Assembly: GCF_964204865.1 (NCBI RefSeq) | Contig: NC_135260.1 | Location: forward strand, 496,001 to 560,000 | DNA: 64,000 nt | Direction: 5' to 3' | Source: Styela clava | Taxonomy: Eukaryota | Made by a program: the position numbers and the translations under genes | The notes under the pieces: generated by a model | The model's database searches: none | Told to the model about the DNA's origin: nothing | Seen by the model: only the letters and a program-made list of their open reading frames with translations | Part shown: positions 1 through 11,489 of the stretch, piece after piece | Numbering within the stretch: the stretch's first letter is position 1 | How the letters are laid out: every line of letters begins with the position of its first letter

Positions 1-726
1 TAACCAACTTCTATTGTAGATACAGTATTTGAAAGTGAGCTTAATTTAGTCTTGAACCAATTTCTTGTCTTCGTTTAGCAGGTGTTCTCATTGGTGATTA
101 TGCTCCCATCAATGTAATGAGATGTCTACGGTTTAGGAAATAGCCATTTTCATGTCAATGCTGTGCAGTCGATAGTGCCTGTTTGGCGTGGAATAAATAC
201 CTGCATCTCTGAATAAATATGTGCTTATTTTTGTAATTGAGTAGGCCTACTACAATTTGAGAATTAGCTGTGTCAATAAAACATCAAAAATGCATATTTC
301 GAGCTGTTTAGCATTATTAGCGCGAACAAGGGCCGCGCAAAATTTTAATATATTGAAAAGGGCCACGAGCTCAAAAGTTTGGGAAGCCCTGCTCTGAATC
401 TCTCCCCTTTCTCTATATCTTGTAATAAATACAAAGCACGTCTCTCAAACTCCCGGTATTTATAACAGACCAATGAATACCGGCCTTTTCTCACAATCAA
501 TATTGTCTCTCGTTGTGAGCGCCAATTATCAACAGGTCGTTACCAGGCTGTGGAGTCGACAATCTCAATTCACCGGAGTCGGAATTGCATTCTTTCAATG
601 GCGATAAATAAACTCAAAAAGCATTAATTTCACAATGAGTTCTTAATAGCCTATTAGTGAAGGCTTTTTCAAAATATTCTATTCTCAAACCAGAACTGAA
701 GTCAATATCAAATTTTTGGTACTCCC

Positions 727-927
727 GTAGTATTTGAACCAAGATGGCGGACACTGGAGCGTAGTATTTGTACCAGGTTAGGCCATAACTTTAGTCCCAT
801 TTTGCTCATTTAGTTCTATTACAAGTTCAGGGACTGGCTAAGTGACTCGCGTAGTATTTGTACCTGAATTTATGGCCTAACCCTAACACATTACGTTCCC
901 GTGTCCGCATCTTTATTTACATACTAC
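727..927. mobile_element. MITE family 1 (AAGATGGCGGACACC... TIRs)
   Basis: Long TIRs; homologous copies at 4545, 14955, 24072, 27383, 38119, 40632, 51534 and 63407. Confidence 0.8.
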
Positions 928-1439
928 CAAGTTTTTCACGACCTGGACTCGTGACCTTGTGCCCCTATTTTTTTAACCCCAGCTAATTGCAAATTTTCTC
1001 CACAGCCCTGTTACCCGAGTATTAGAAAGTTTCCTAAAAAGCGTTTGACATGCAAGCCCAAAACACATGCCCAACATGATGAATTCGCACATATCGGCAA
1101 ATGTTAATATTGAATCGATGAAAACTACAATGGCAACATATGGCGGGACGAGATAAAAGATCCGACGACCGTACTTGTCCATTAGTTACAAATCTGACCT
1201 GGTATCTTCAAATAATCTAATAGCTTTCTATGACGTCGCGACCTAATTAATGGGGATATTTATTCACCCCAAAGTACAGAGAATAACCTTGCTAATACAT
1301 GCAACCCGATGTTTATTAGGATGTTTTCTGGTAACTTTACATTAAAACCTGGCCTTCTTCGCTAGTTTTGAAGTTTGAAGTTTGAAAAAATCATATTTAA
1401 AGCCCCAATGAAGTGAAGTGTCTTTGTATAAACGATTAA

Positions 1440-2290
1440 ATAACTCAAAGAAATATTCCTATGTATTGCCTGATGAAAATATTCAATTAAATAGTTGTGT
1501 CTCTCAACAAAAATATTTCTATTCAATGACGTGATGAAATGGTATTATATGAACATTCGAAATGCTTTATTAAAAAGACATTCCAATATATCGTCCTGAT
1601 GAAGTGTTATTGTATGAACATTCAAACATTTTTATTAAAGAACTATTCCTATATATTGCCTGATGAAAATATTTAATTAAACAGTTGTGTCTCAACATAA
1701 ATATTTATAAATGTATGTATATGTATAAGCATTCGAAAGTTTCTCTCAACAGAAATAATGCTATTGAAAGTCGTGATGAAATGTTATTATATAAACATTC
1801 AAAATGTTCTATTGAAGAAGTTGAAACGGTTTATAAGAAGTATTCCTATATATTGCCTATAATTCCTATAATGAAGTGTTATTAAATAAACATTCAAAAC
1901 TCTTTGTTATTGAAGCATTTCTATATATTGTCGTGAGGAAATGTTGTTATATAAACATTCAAAACTCTTTGTTAATGAAGCATTCCTATATATTGTCTCG
2001 ATGAAATGTTGTTGTATAAACATTCGAAATGCTTTAATAATAGCATAAGTATTCCTATATATTGCCCTGATGAAAATATTTAATTAAGTAGTTTAAACGT
2101 GTCTCTCAGCGAAAACATTTCTTTTCATTGACCCAACAATATGTGTCTGGCAAACAGTCGAAACGTTCTATTAGGAAGATTTCCTCTATAATGTCTGATG
2201 AAAATATTTATGAAATAATTGAAACGTGTCTCTCAGCAGAAATATATTTTTTGCCTTGACAAAGTATTATTGTATAAACAAAATCTGTCA
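1440..2290. repeat. Degenerate AT-rich minisatellite, ~58-60 bp unit
   Basis: Recurrent TATTCCTATATATTG(C/T)C..GATGAAAT.TT.TT.TATAAACATTC.AAA. Confidence 0.7.
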
Positions 2291-3327
2291 GGGTAAACAA
2301 TCCAAACATTCATTCACACGAAACTTTTCATTCAATTCCTCAATGAAAGGTTCTGGGTAACCATTTCAAACGTTTTTCTCGACAGAAAAATTCCAAATAC
2401 TTTTTCCACCTTAGAATGTTTCACTTCTAAAATATCCACAAAATAGGACATAACCATCTCCAAACTTGCTTATGGGAATGCTCAAACCAAATCTTGTTTG
2501 ATCTCGGCCACTGGTTCGCAACCTCTCAGGACGATAATGGCCTGGACACAATGTAAATGCGAACACAATCAACAAACCTAGAAATCTGCTTGCCTGTCTC
2601 GGGTGCCCTGTGTTCCAGTATCAGTATCAGTAGTTTATTTTTACACATGCCGAAAATACACATTGTACACATTGTTTGGTTTTGGGCCGCGAGATCCTCT
2701 CGGATGTTCAAGATCAGAATTTCGTTCGAATACTGCAGCGTTTTAAACACGAATTTTTGGTCGACTACCGGGGCATCACTGTATATATAATTTTATTGTA
2801 CTGAATGAACTAGGGATTTCTTTGACGTTGATATCTTGAAAAGAATCTTGGTTGGTAGCATTGTGATAAAGCGAAGTCAGTGATGTAAAAACAGATCAAA
2901 TTTGTATGACTAATTCGTAACAAAAATACAAATCAAAACTAAATATAATCGGGCAGTTTGAAACACTTTCCCTGGCCGTGGATTGCTGTGATATTTCATA
3001 GTAATGTTCACAATTTGTCGACGCAACCGCAGGTTACATTAAACACACAATTAAATTAATAAAGCAATAAATTATAAATAGACTCGTATTGGTCGTCAAT
3101 GGAATACTATCCGCAACTGCAAAATTAATACTCGACAACATAAAATAAAAGTAAAAAAACATTATCCGTCGAACTGCCTAATTGCGGCGACAGTTGCATG
3201 AAAATTTTCGGAACTTTCCCCTCACTTTTGGTAATCGCAACCTAAATTTTATCGAACCTTCCTTTTGAGATGTTGGGTCGGCTAATATTCAAAATTCTAG
3301 TTAATAGTGCCTCAGATAAGTATTTCG

Positions 3328-3558
3328 GGATCCTTTCTACAAAGCCCCCGCAAAAAAAAAAAAAACACACCGCTCCGCTCAAAATAAAAAAAATAAAAAT
3401 AAATAACCCAATTACGTTTTTAGGCTGGGTCTAAGAATGTAGATTGTTTCGGAAATTCAAATCGCCAAATCATTCCTAACCCGAACTGCAAATGAACAAT
3501 TACTTATTTGTTATTTCAGAATTTTACATTAGTGGTGGGGTCATTGTACAAAAGATCC
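3328..3558. mobile_element. MITE with 8-bp target-site duplication
   Basis: GGATCCTTTCTACAA...TTGTACAAAAGATCC flanked by GTATTTCG on both sides. Confidence 0.7.
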
Positions 3559-4544
3559 GTATTTCGCAAGCCTTCGGATACAGAAAATATAGACGAATCC
3601 ATCATGTCACGATTCACCGATTTTTGAAACGTAGGCATTTTTTAAGATTTTTCATTGTTTTAATCATGTAACCTAAGTTATAAACTTTTTACTACTTTCA
3701 AATATGCCGTGTATCGTGATCAAAAACATTACATTTTCATAAATTAAGGCCACTCCTTCTCCAAACCGCGTGCGTTTGCCGATAAGACGTAATTATGCTA
3801 ATACAATGGTTCTTTTGATCCATTGTTTAAGGTATCGATGATCCAACAAAAATAGATGTAGCCTATCGTTGCCAGTAATATAAATAAAAATAACACTGGC
3901 GCCCCCCTTTTTTCTGTATAGTTACTAAAGGTTCATGATTTTACGACAAACATACACTGAATCGCCTGAATTCTTCGCAGGCCGCACGAAATTCCTTGGC
4001 GGGCCGCATCGGGCGCAGGTTCGTCACCTCTGACTTAGACCAATCCATTCCATATTAACAGTGGTGTGTGATGGGAATGGTCAGTGAACATTATTTTATT
4101 CTCTTCTGGGTCGCTAACTTATAACTTTTGTTGTGTTTGAATGTAATATGCGCTTCTACATGAATTTCTCGATGATATATTTTGTCGAAGTCGCACACAA
4201 CAAGTGGTTCACGGTACTGTTAACACCTTTTAATCTCTCTAAAAAATGGAATTGGACAACCAGCGGCACTGGTGGTATTGGCCAGAATATTTTTCGCCTG
4301 ACCCGATTCATTACACTCTGTTTCTTTTCAAACTCAAGTGTTTTGTTTTTCTATTCTAATATATCAAGTCAGTGCATCTGAAACAAATAACTGTTACTAA
4401 TTCAATTCCTATCATGGACTGGCAATTAGATGAGAGTCCGTGGTCCGCCATATATTTATGCCATCTTATCGGCTTTCTTCTCCTCGGATTGAAAATATAT
4501 GAATTTTATCCTATATTTATATTCTACATTGGGTAGGCCTACTC

Positions 4545-4747
4545 CTGTAGTGTGCGAATCAAGATGGCGGACACGCGAACGTAGTATGTGTATCAAGTAA
4601 GGCCATAATTCTATTCCGATTTCCTTATTTTAGTACTATTACGAGTTCGGGGACTAGCCAAGTGACTTCCGCAGTAACTTTGATGTTCCGTAACCGGGTA
4701 CACACACTAAGTTCCAGTATCCGCCATCTTGTTTCGCATAACAACAG
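4545..4747. mobile_element. MITE family 1 copy
   Basis: AAGATGGCGGACACG...TCCGCCATCTTG inverted ends. Confidence 0.8.
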
Positions 4748-6969
4748 GACTTCCCTACAATGCGCCATGCTCTGGATCACTCCTAGAAAATTTTGTCTTA
4801 TTTTGACAATTTGGATGGAACTGTTTTCTGAGAAATACATTTAACTCATCATATTCAAAATAAATCGATGACGTTTTGCAAGACAATTTTATTCACACAA
4901 ATTAGCAAATAATATTTTTGCACTGAAAGTTCAAATTATTTTTCATGAATTTCATTTGTTAAGTTCAGTTCGTGAAAAATAATTTGAACTTTTACTGACA
5001 AAATAGTTGTTCTATGAAATAATAAAATTCAGAAACTAATTTAGGAAATAAAATACCTGAGCAAAGTTAATGAACAAAAATTGTAGTTAATGAAAAATAT
5101 TGTATATCACACTAATTCCCACACAAGAATGAAAAGCAAAAAAAATGATTTTCTTGTCATGTTTCATACGAAATATTAAACTCGCTCATTCTCAAGACAA
5201 TTTTTTTTCAGTTTCAAGAAATTTCTTACATTTCTTTACATTTTGTTCAGGCCACACCAGAATTTCTTTCTATTTTTCAGCTTTTTTACCTATTTAAATA
5301 ACCAGGAAACAATTTTTTTTTGAAAAATATCCAATCCAATGGCATGGTTCAGAACAATTCAAACAATAGCGAATATCATAAAAAAATCCTCAATCCTTAT
5401 AATTCACGCACAAGAAAAATAAAATATTAACATGGGTGAGTAATGAAATTTGTCTATTTTAAAGCAAAGACAATGCTGTAATTGATTTTCATTTTCATGA
5501 ATTTTGTAACAATTGAAAACTCAGACCCAAAATTTTGGATGAATCAACCTTATATTTGTAAAAGATTTCAAGGCAAAAAATTTTTCCGAATAATGTGGTT
5601 ATTTTATTTGGGAGAAATAAATCCATTAAAATAAACATGGCAATTAAATTAAGGTATGAATGCTTAAAATATCGACAATATGGACTGTTGGAGTTATCAG
5701 AAATAAATGTGAAAACTATGTGCAAAATATTTTAGTCAAGAACAATTAACAACAATTATACAGCTTTTACTTTAAAATAGCAAAAACAAAAATAATTATA
5801 CAAAATAACGAAGTAAATTAATATAAATCCACTCCGGCCAATTATGTTTATATCAAAACTATTCTGTACTTTTGTTTGTGGTTATTTTGAATTTAAGTTT
5901 TCTAAATGAATCGAATTTGTATAAAACGATTCATCGTAAAATACAAGGCTGTGGAATAGAAGATGAGCAAGTTCCCACATGATCAGAAGTCTTAATTAGT
6001 TAGAATTGCAGATTTTCAATGTTTTCAAAATAAGTCAAAACTTCCTTATAAATTCAAAAAGCAATATTTTATTGAGCGTTCGTAACTGTCTATCAAAGAA
6101 AGTTTGCATTTACCAAGACTTCATTATCAAAAGTAGATTTTTCGGAATCGATTATGATTTTTCTCCGATTCCACAGCCTTATCGAAATAAAGTTCAATGA
6201 CAAATATCTGAAGACGATGTCTATTTGTAATTTTTGAAACTTTCTTTTTGATTATTCAGTGGTTACAGATTAGCCGTTATTTAGAAAGTATCAAACATTT
6301 TTGTAATTTACTGAGATTTCTTGAACATGAAATATATATTTGAATAAACCGATTCGCTAACATTTCAAGATTATTTTTAATCACTCAGAAACAAATTGAA
6401 TAAAATATTAAATTCAAACATTTCTTGAACACATCTAAGAAATAAAAAAGAGTTTGTTTGATGGAAATATAAAAATTAATGCAGTTTCATTGAAATTCCT
6501 ACCCAAGAAAAGCACGCCAGAAAGACAATTTGAATAAGTGAGCATAAAATAGCATCGGTTCAATTCAGTGGAATTCATGTGTGAAGTAAATAAGAGAACA
6601 TGGTCACCAATTCCTCGGCTGGTCTTTTTTCAATATAATTTCAAATCTTATTCCAAATGTCATGCGAACATACAATATTCTAAGAGGCCGATTGCGACCC
6701 ATGTATTTCAGGCTGATTGTGATCTATGTATCACAGTTCGTGTACCTTGTTCAGACTGAGGTATTGGAACATCGTGAAAATAATAATTTGGGGTGTAAAT
6801 TAAGCTGCATGTGTGGCTGACGAATATTCGGGAATACAATAGCATACTCTTGTTCAACTGTGGAAATAGTAATTCAAAGTTTTAATTAAGCTACTAGGGT
6901 GAATAACCATTACTCTTATTTAAAGTCAAGTAATTCTACATTTTCTGTTTATCAATTCAATGGACACAA

Positions 6970-7972
6970 TTATAATTCATTTTCACAGATGGCTCCGTGA
7001 AATTTAGTGGAAGGAGAATCATTATAAATCCATTGATATTTCGGATTTCGATCGACCTCAAAAACAACAGTTGCGTGCAATACACCGGAATCCGTAGTAT
7101 CAGGAGACCAAACCGCAGTTGGCAGAGTCATAGCTTGGCCCGTCGTTGTATACAGCTGACCGTTCTGTTGAAATAAAAATATGTTTTGAGGAATATAACA
7201 AATGACAGTTAGAGAATATAACAGTTGGGTAAAGTTGAACCAGTAATCCATACCATATGATCTGACAAAGCAAAACAAACTCTTCTGATCTCCAGTAAGA
7301 AACTAAATGAAGCGTGACACCATTCCGCGATTTTTCTGGTCAGCCACACTTCAGTGATTACCATTGGTGGATAAGAATTGAATGGAACAGACACATAAAT
7401 CAAACTGTTTGGATTAGTCTCCTCTGATTCAGTATCAGAGCCGTAAAGTCGAAGCGTTTCACTGATGCTGGAGTCAAATTGTTGAATTACCCGGAAATAT
7501 TACATAAAATTTTGTGACTCAATTTTTCGATAAAAACTGAAAAACGGCTGGCAAACGAATTTTTTTAATCCTGTTAGGAAAACAAATGCAATAGCAGACT
7601 GGATTAGTCAGTGTTATAAATGTCTCGATTTTAACTTCTCTCCTATGATAAAGCTATATGGGTTTAACCTCAACATAAAATTTATATGGTAATTCGGTAA
7701 CAATATCCGCCACATTTTATAATGATTTCATGTATGGCCGTATGAGCAACATGATTCAGATTCAATCTACCTTGTAAGTCATTCCCGTACGAACAGTAAT
7801 CCATGACTTTCCATCAGGAATCATTGATCGTAAATAATCTCGAAGCATGTTGTAGTGTGTGACGTCATAAATGTTAGCCAGTTTTTTTCCACAAAGAGTT
7901 TCAGCGACGCTTGATGTGACGTTCCTCGTTTTATAAAATATTGCTCGAAAACATTTTGCATCATAGACAATG
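6970..7972 (-). CDS. Gene A C-type lectin-like domain exons (7771-7972, 6970-7164)
   Basis: IVYDAKCFRAIFY...AETLCGKKLANIYDVTHYNMLRDYLR...WITVRTGMTYK|NGQLY...VWSPD...IYNDSPSTKFHGAICENEL*; Cys pattern and A-x-x-x-C...LA-x-I helix of a CTLD. Confidence 0.75.
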
Positions 7973-8479
7973 CTGAAAGAAAAATGACATTTAAAAGAGT
8001 TTATAGTAAGATAATTGTGAAACAATTATTGAGGAGAATTTATAATTTCAAGTTCAAATTAACAACTTTTATTCATTTTATTCAGGATAATTGTCTTTTG
8101 TAGTTTTTTACCATAATATGATTGTGAGCACTTCATAAGTTTTGATCATACCTCATTTTTTTTTATTTCAAGAAAAGACATGCAAACTCACTCACAATTC
8201 AATTAAACGTTTTTCAGAGCAAAGTCGCGCAGCCACTGAGGTTTTGAAGCTAAACAAATGTAACAGATTTAGGGAAAATAAACACCAACGTAAAGGTGTT
8301 TTAAAGGCTTCACGGGGTTTAGACTTGTTTGTTAAATTGTTTGTTCTTTGAGTATTAGCTTATTGCAAGCCTAAGATAATCCCCATTCACATGAATAGGG
8401 ATATTGAGCTGCTATATAGACAGCAGGTTAGAGATGAGGATGGTTGAATGATCTTTATCGCTATGGGAAAGAAACTTAC

Positions 8480-8653
8480 TTGTGCACACTGGTGTCGTGG
8501 ACCATGAACCGTCAGCGTTGCATGTTCCCGTCAGTCCCCCTTCCAAAATGGAACCATTGCTGCAAAAGTAACTGACCTCCTGATCCTCACTATACAAGTC
8601 CTGCTCAGGAGAAATTGTTCCGTTCTCAAGATTTTTCTTCGCACATGGCGTAG
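8480..8653 (-). CDS. Gene A CCP/sushi exon
   Basis: 174-nt phase 1-1 exon TPCAKKNLENGTIS...YFCSNGSILEG...TCNADGSWSTTPVCT; four Cys plus the Trp of a CCP module. Confidence 0.85.
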
Positions 8654-8904
8654 CTGCAAATAAATCAAATAATAAAAAAAAAGTATAACTTGACTTGCAG
8701 GGTATTTGTTTGAAATTATTTTAAATTTCTGAAATTTTTCTTCACTCTAAGTAAGGCTTTGTAAAATCAGCCACTGATACAGCAGCATTGTCTAACCCAA
8801 TTTATCGACATGACTGAAATGGGGTTTAAACCCGAGACTATCCGAGAGATCATTTGAAGCTCCGACAACTTTGCCATTGACTAAATAAGTCCTGATGTAC
8901 TTAC

Positions 8905-10291
8905 CTAGACTATAACATTCGGCGGAATTCAAAGTTTTTATGTTGTCTAACTCAACATTTCCGCATGCCTCGAGCTCAAGTTGGACCTGAATGAAAAAAG
9001 ATTGATGTTTGAGCAGGGCTGCGAGGTAGAGTCTAGAGTGGAAGTTAAGAATGCATTCATTGAAAAGTTAAAATCGAACTACGAAGTAAGCAACTTGGAT
9101 TTCTAGGTTTGAGTAAGGAATCAGAATCAAAAATATTTTTTTTGAGATTTATACATGCGGTGAGGAAAGGTGATAACACGGCTAATAGGTGTTTCCAGTT
9201 TGTAAAGGGATTCTAGAGAAACTACAATAATGCAAAGTAATGATTAGAACCTCTGCCTGCTGATGAAGCTGGACTATTATCCACCAAAATCTTAAAAAAA
9301 CATTTGCATGTTAGATGGGATTCGCATCCAAAGCAATTCCGAGTCAAATTGATTTTCGCTATCAAGTGTGTTGCAAACCATGGTATCTGTTGAGTTCGCT
9401 TTCTTTAAAATGAATTTCTCGGTCTTCCAGTTTCGGTTTCCAGCAGAAAATGGCCAGATTGCTGTCCTAAAAATTACAAAACATATCATTGCTGCATTCA
9501 CATAGACTTCCAAAATAAATCAAAATTAGTTATATTCTGCTTTTTTCAGGAAACTCATTTATATGGAATCTATTATAATAGCTGCTATCCTGAGCGCATC
9601 AACTTTAACTGCCTGAAGTTTCATGCCAGAATTTGGCTCACAGATGATAATCAAAGAAAATTATTTTTTTTGGAATGATCTAAAACAAGGGTGTGCAACC
9701 TTTAATAAAAGGGCCAAATATAAATACCTGGATGAAGCAGCTTGCCGCACCTTGATAAATAGGCTTTGCGTGACAACATGGCATGGGTTGTTTATAGTCA
9801 TAGATATTAATTTGGACAGAGGTATAGGTTTTGCTACGCAAAGAGATTGGAATTACTTGCAAGTATCAGATTAAACAAAAATGAAAAATTTGTTTCCAGT
9901 GCCGCACATTTGTCAAAACTGGCACTATTTCCCAGGTTCGCACAAATTTTTTACTGGGGGGGGGGGGGGGGGGGGGCATTTTGCCCGCTGGCGACAGGTT
10001 GTACAACCCTAAAACACTAAATTTCAAATTCCGTTTATGGTTTTTAAAAATAATAATTCTTTACTTAACAGTGAATGCCTATACAAAGCATGCTCCGGAG
10101 TGAAAGCGACGATTAGTCGGGTAAAAAAATAAATGCAGTGTTAGCTACTTACGCTACAGTACCATTGTAAGCCTTAGCCACCAGTTCTCCATCAGATCTC
10201 CCTTTTATGTCGACACTCATGCATAGTTCCTCATTGCCAGCCAAAGTTTTGGGTAAAGATCTGACTGTACCATTACCAGCAAGTACGTAAC
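8905..10291 (-). CDS. Gene A MAM-like domain exons (10153-10291, 9379-9466, 8905-8986)
   Basis: LCMSVDIK..GELVAK...AIWPFSAG..WKT...VQLELEACGNVELDNI..C resembles the MAM pattern CLxF...GxLxV...LW...W...FEA...IALDDI...C. Confidence 0.6.
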
Positions 10292-11363
10292 CTAGGTTGA
10301 ATAAAAAAAACGAGAGGGTAACTGGTGTGTGATTCGGGATCATGCTCAAGTATTTTTCGACACAAGTTGTTTCAATTCTTTTTCAATTATCAGTTTGGCT
10401 CAACATGCTAAGCATTAGAAATGCGCGTGACATCGCACGTCTAATTAGCCTGAGTGTGTTCGCAGTTTTGAATCCTGTGGGGAATAATTTTAACGACAGG
10501 ATTCTCTTCACCGTTCATGCTATCAATAGTTGGTTAGATTTTCTCAACCATCATGTCTATGGCCTAACCCTAATCTGGCAATATTTATCACATGTGAGTA
10601 GAAAGCCAATAAGACAGTTTAATCATATAATGAACCACATCAGTGATCTCACTATCAGTTCATATTGGATTCAGAAATAGTTAAGTAGTTATTTGTTTCA
10701 GATACACAGACTAGATAGTGATTTTCCCGATGATTAAGCCATCTTTCACTTCCCCGGAATTAATTTGTAAATCCTATTCTTCATTCCGCCAAAATACAAA
10801 TCACCTACCGGAAATGAACAAAAAACAACGTGAGTAACGGTGATTTCTGGGTCTTTTGTAGTTTAATATCACATGTACTTCTAATGGGCGTGGCTTAAAC
10901 AACTTTGCATATGGTATTCCCAATCCCCACGTAAAACCGATGTTTCTTGGATATTTTTTTGTATGATGTAGTCATATGAGGGTCAGAAATAACACATGAC
11001 AAAATGGTTATGCTACGCTCACTAGAATTACATGCGGTACTATATTAGATATATATATATAACAAACCAGACCCAGATTTTTCGAGTCTCGCAGCGAAAC
11101 GGCAACGCCAAAGAGCATAAAGCCAGGCAAAGCCCAGACTATGGATGCCATCTTGAGGCGATTTTGCTATGTCATGTATTCGAACGTCTTGCGGAGAGTA
11201 AGAAGTCATTTCTCAAATACATTCCGTGGTTCGTATTTACATCCCACTCCAAACAAGACGCTAGAAAAGACAATTACTAATACATAAAGATCTACTTTTC
11301 TGAAAATGACTATTATAATATCTATTCTAGTGCATACGATACTAAAAGACATAGATTTGATAC

Positions 11364-11489
11364 CCTGGGGAGTGGTCGTTCCTTTGACATCTACAACAGA
11401 GGGCGGCACTGAGTTTGTCTCTGATTTTTCCATCGTCTTTTTCATTTTAAAGAGCTTACTTTCCATTTCGTCCAACTTTTCCGTTAAAG
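11364..11489 (-). CDS. Gene A coiled-coil plus S/T/P linker exon
   Basis: 126-nt phase 1-1 exon ALTEKLDEMESKLFKMKKTMEKSETNSVPPSVVDVKGTTTPQG with heptad pattern. Confidence 0.75.
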
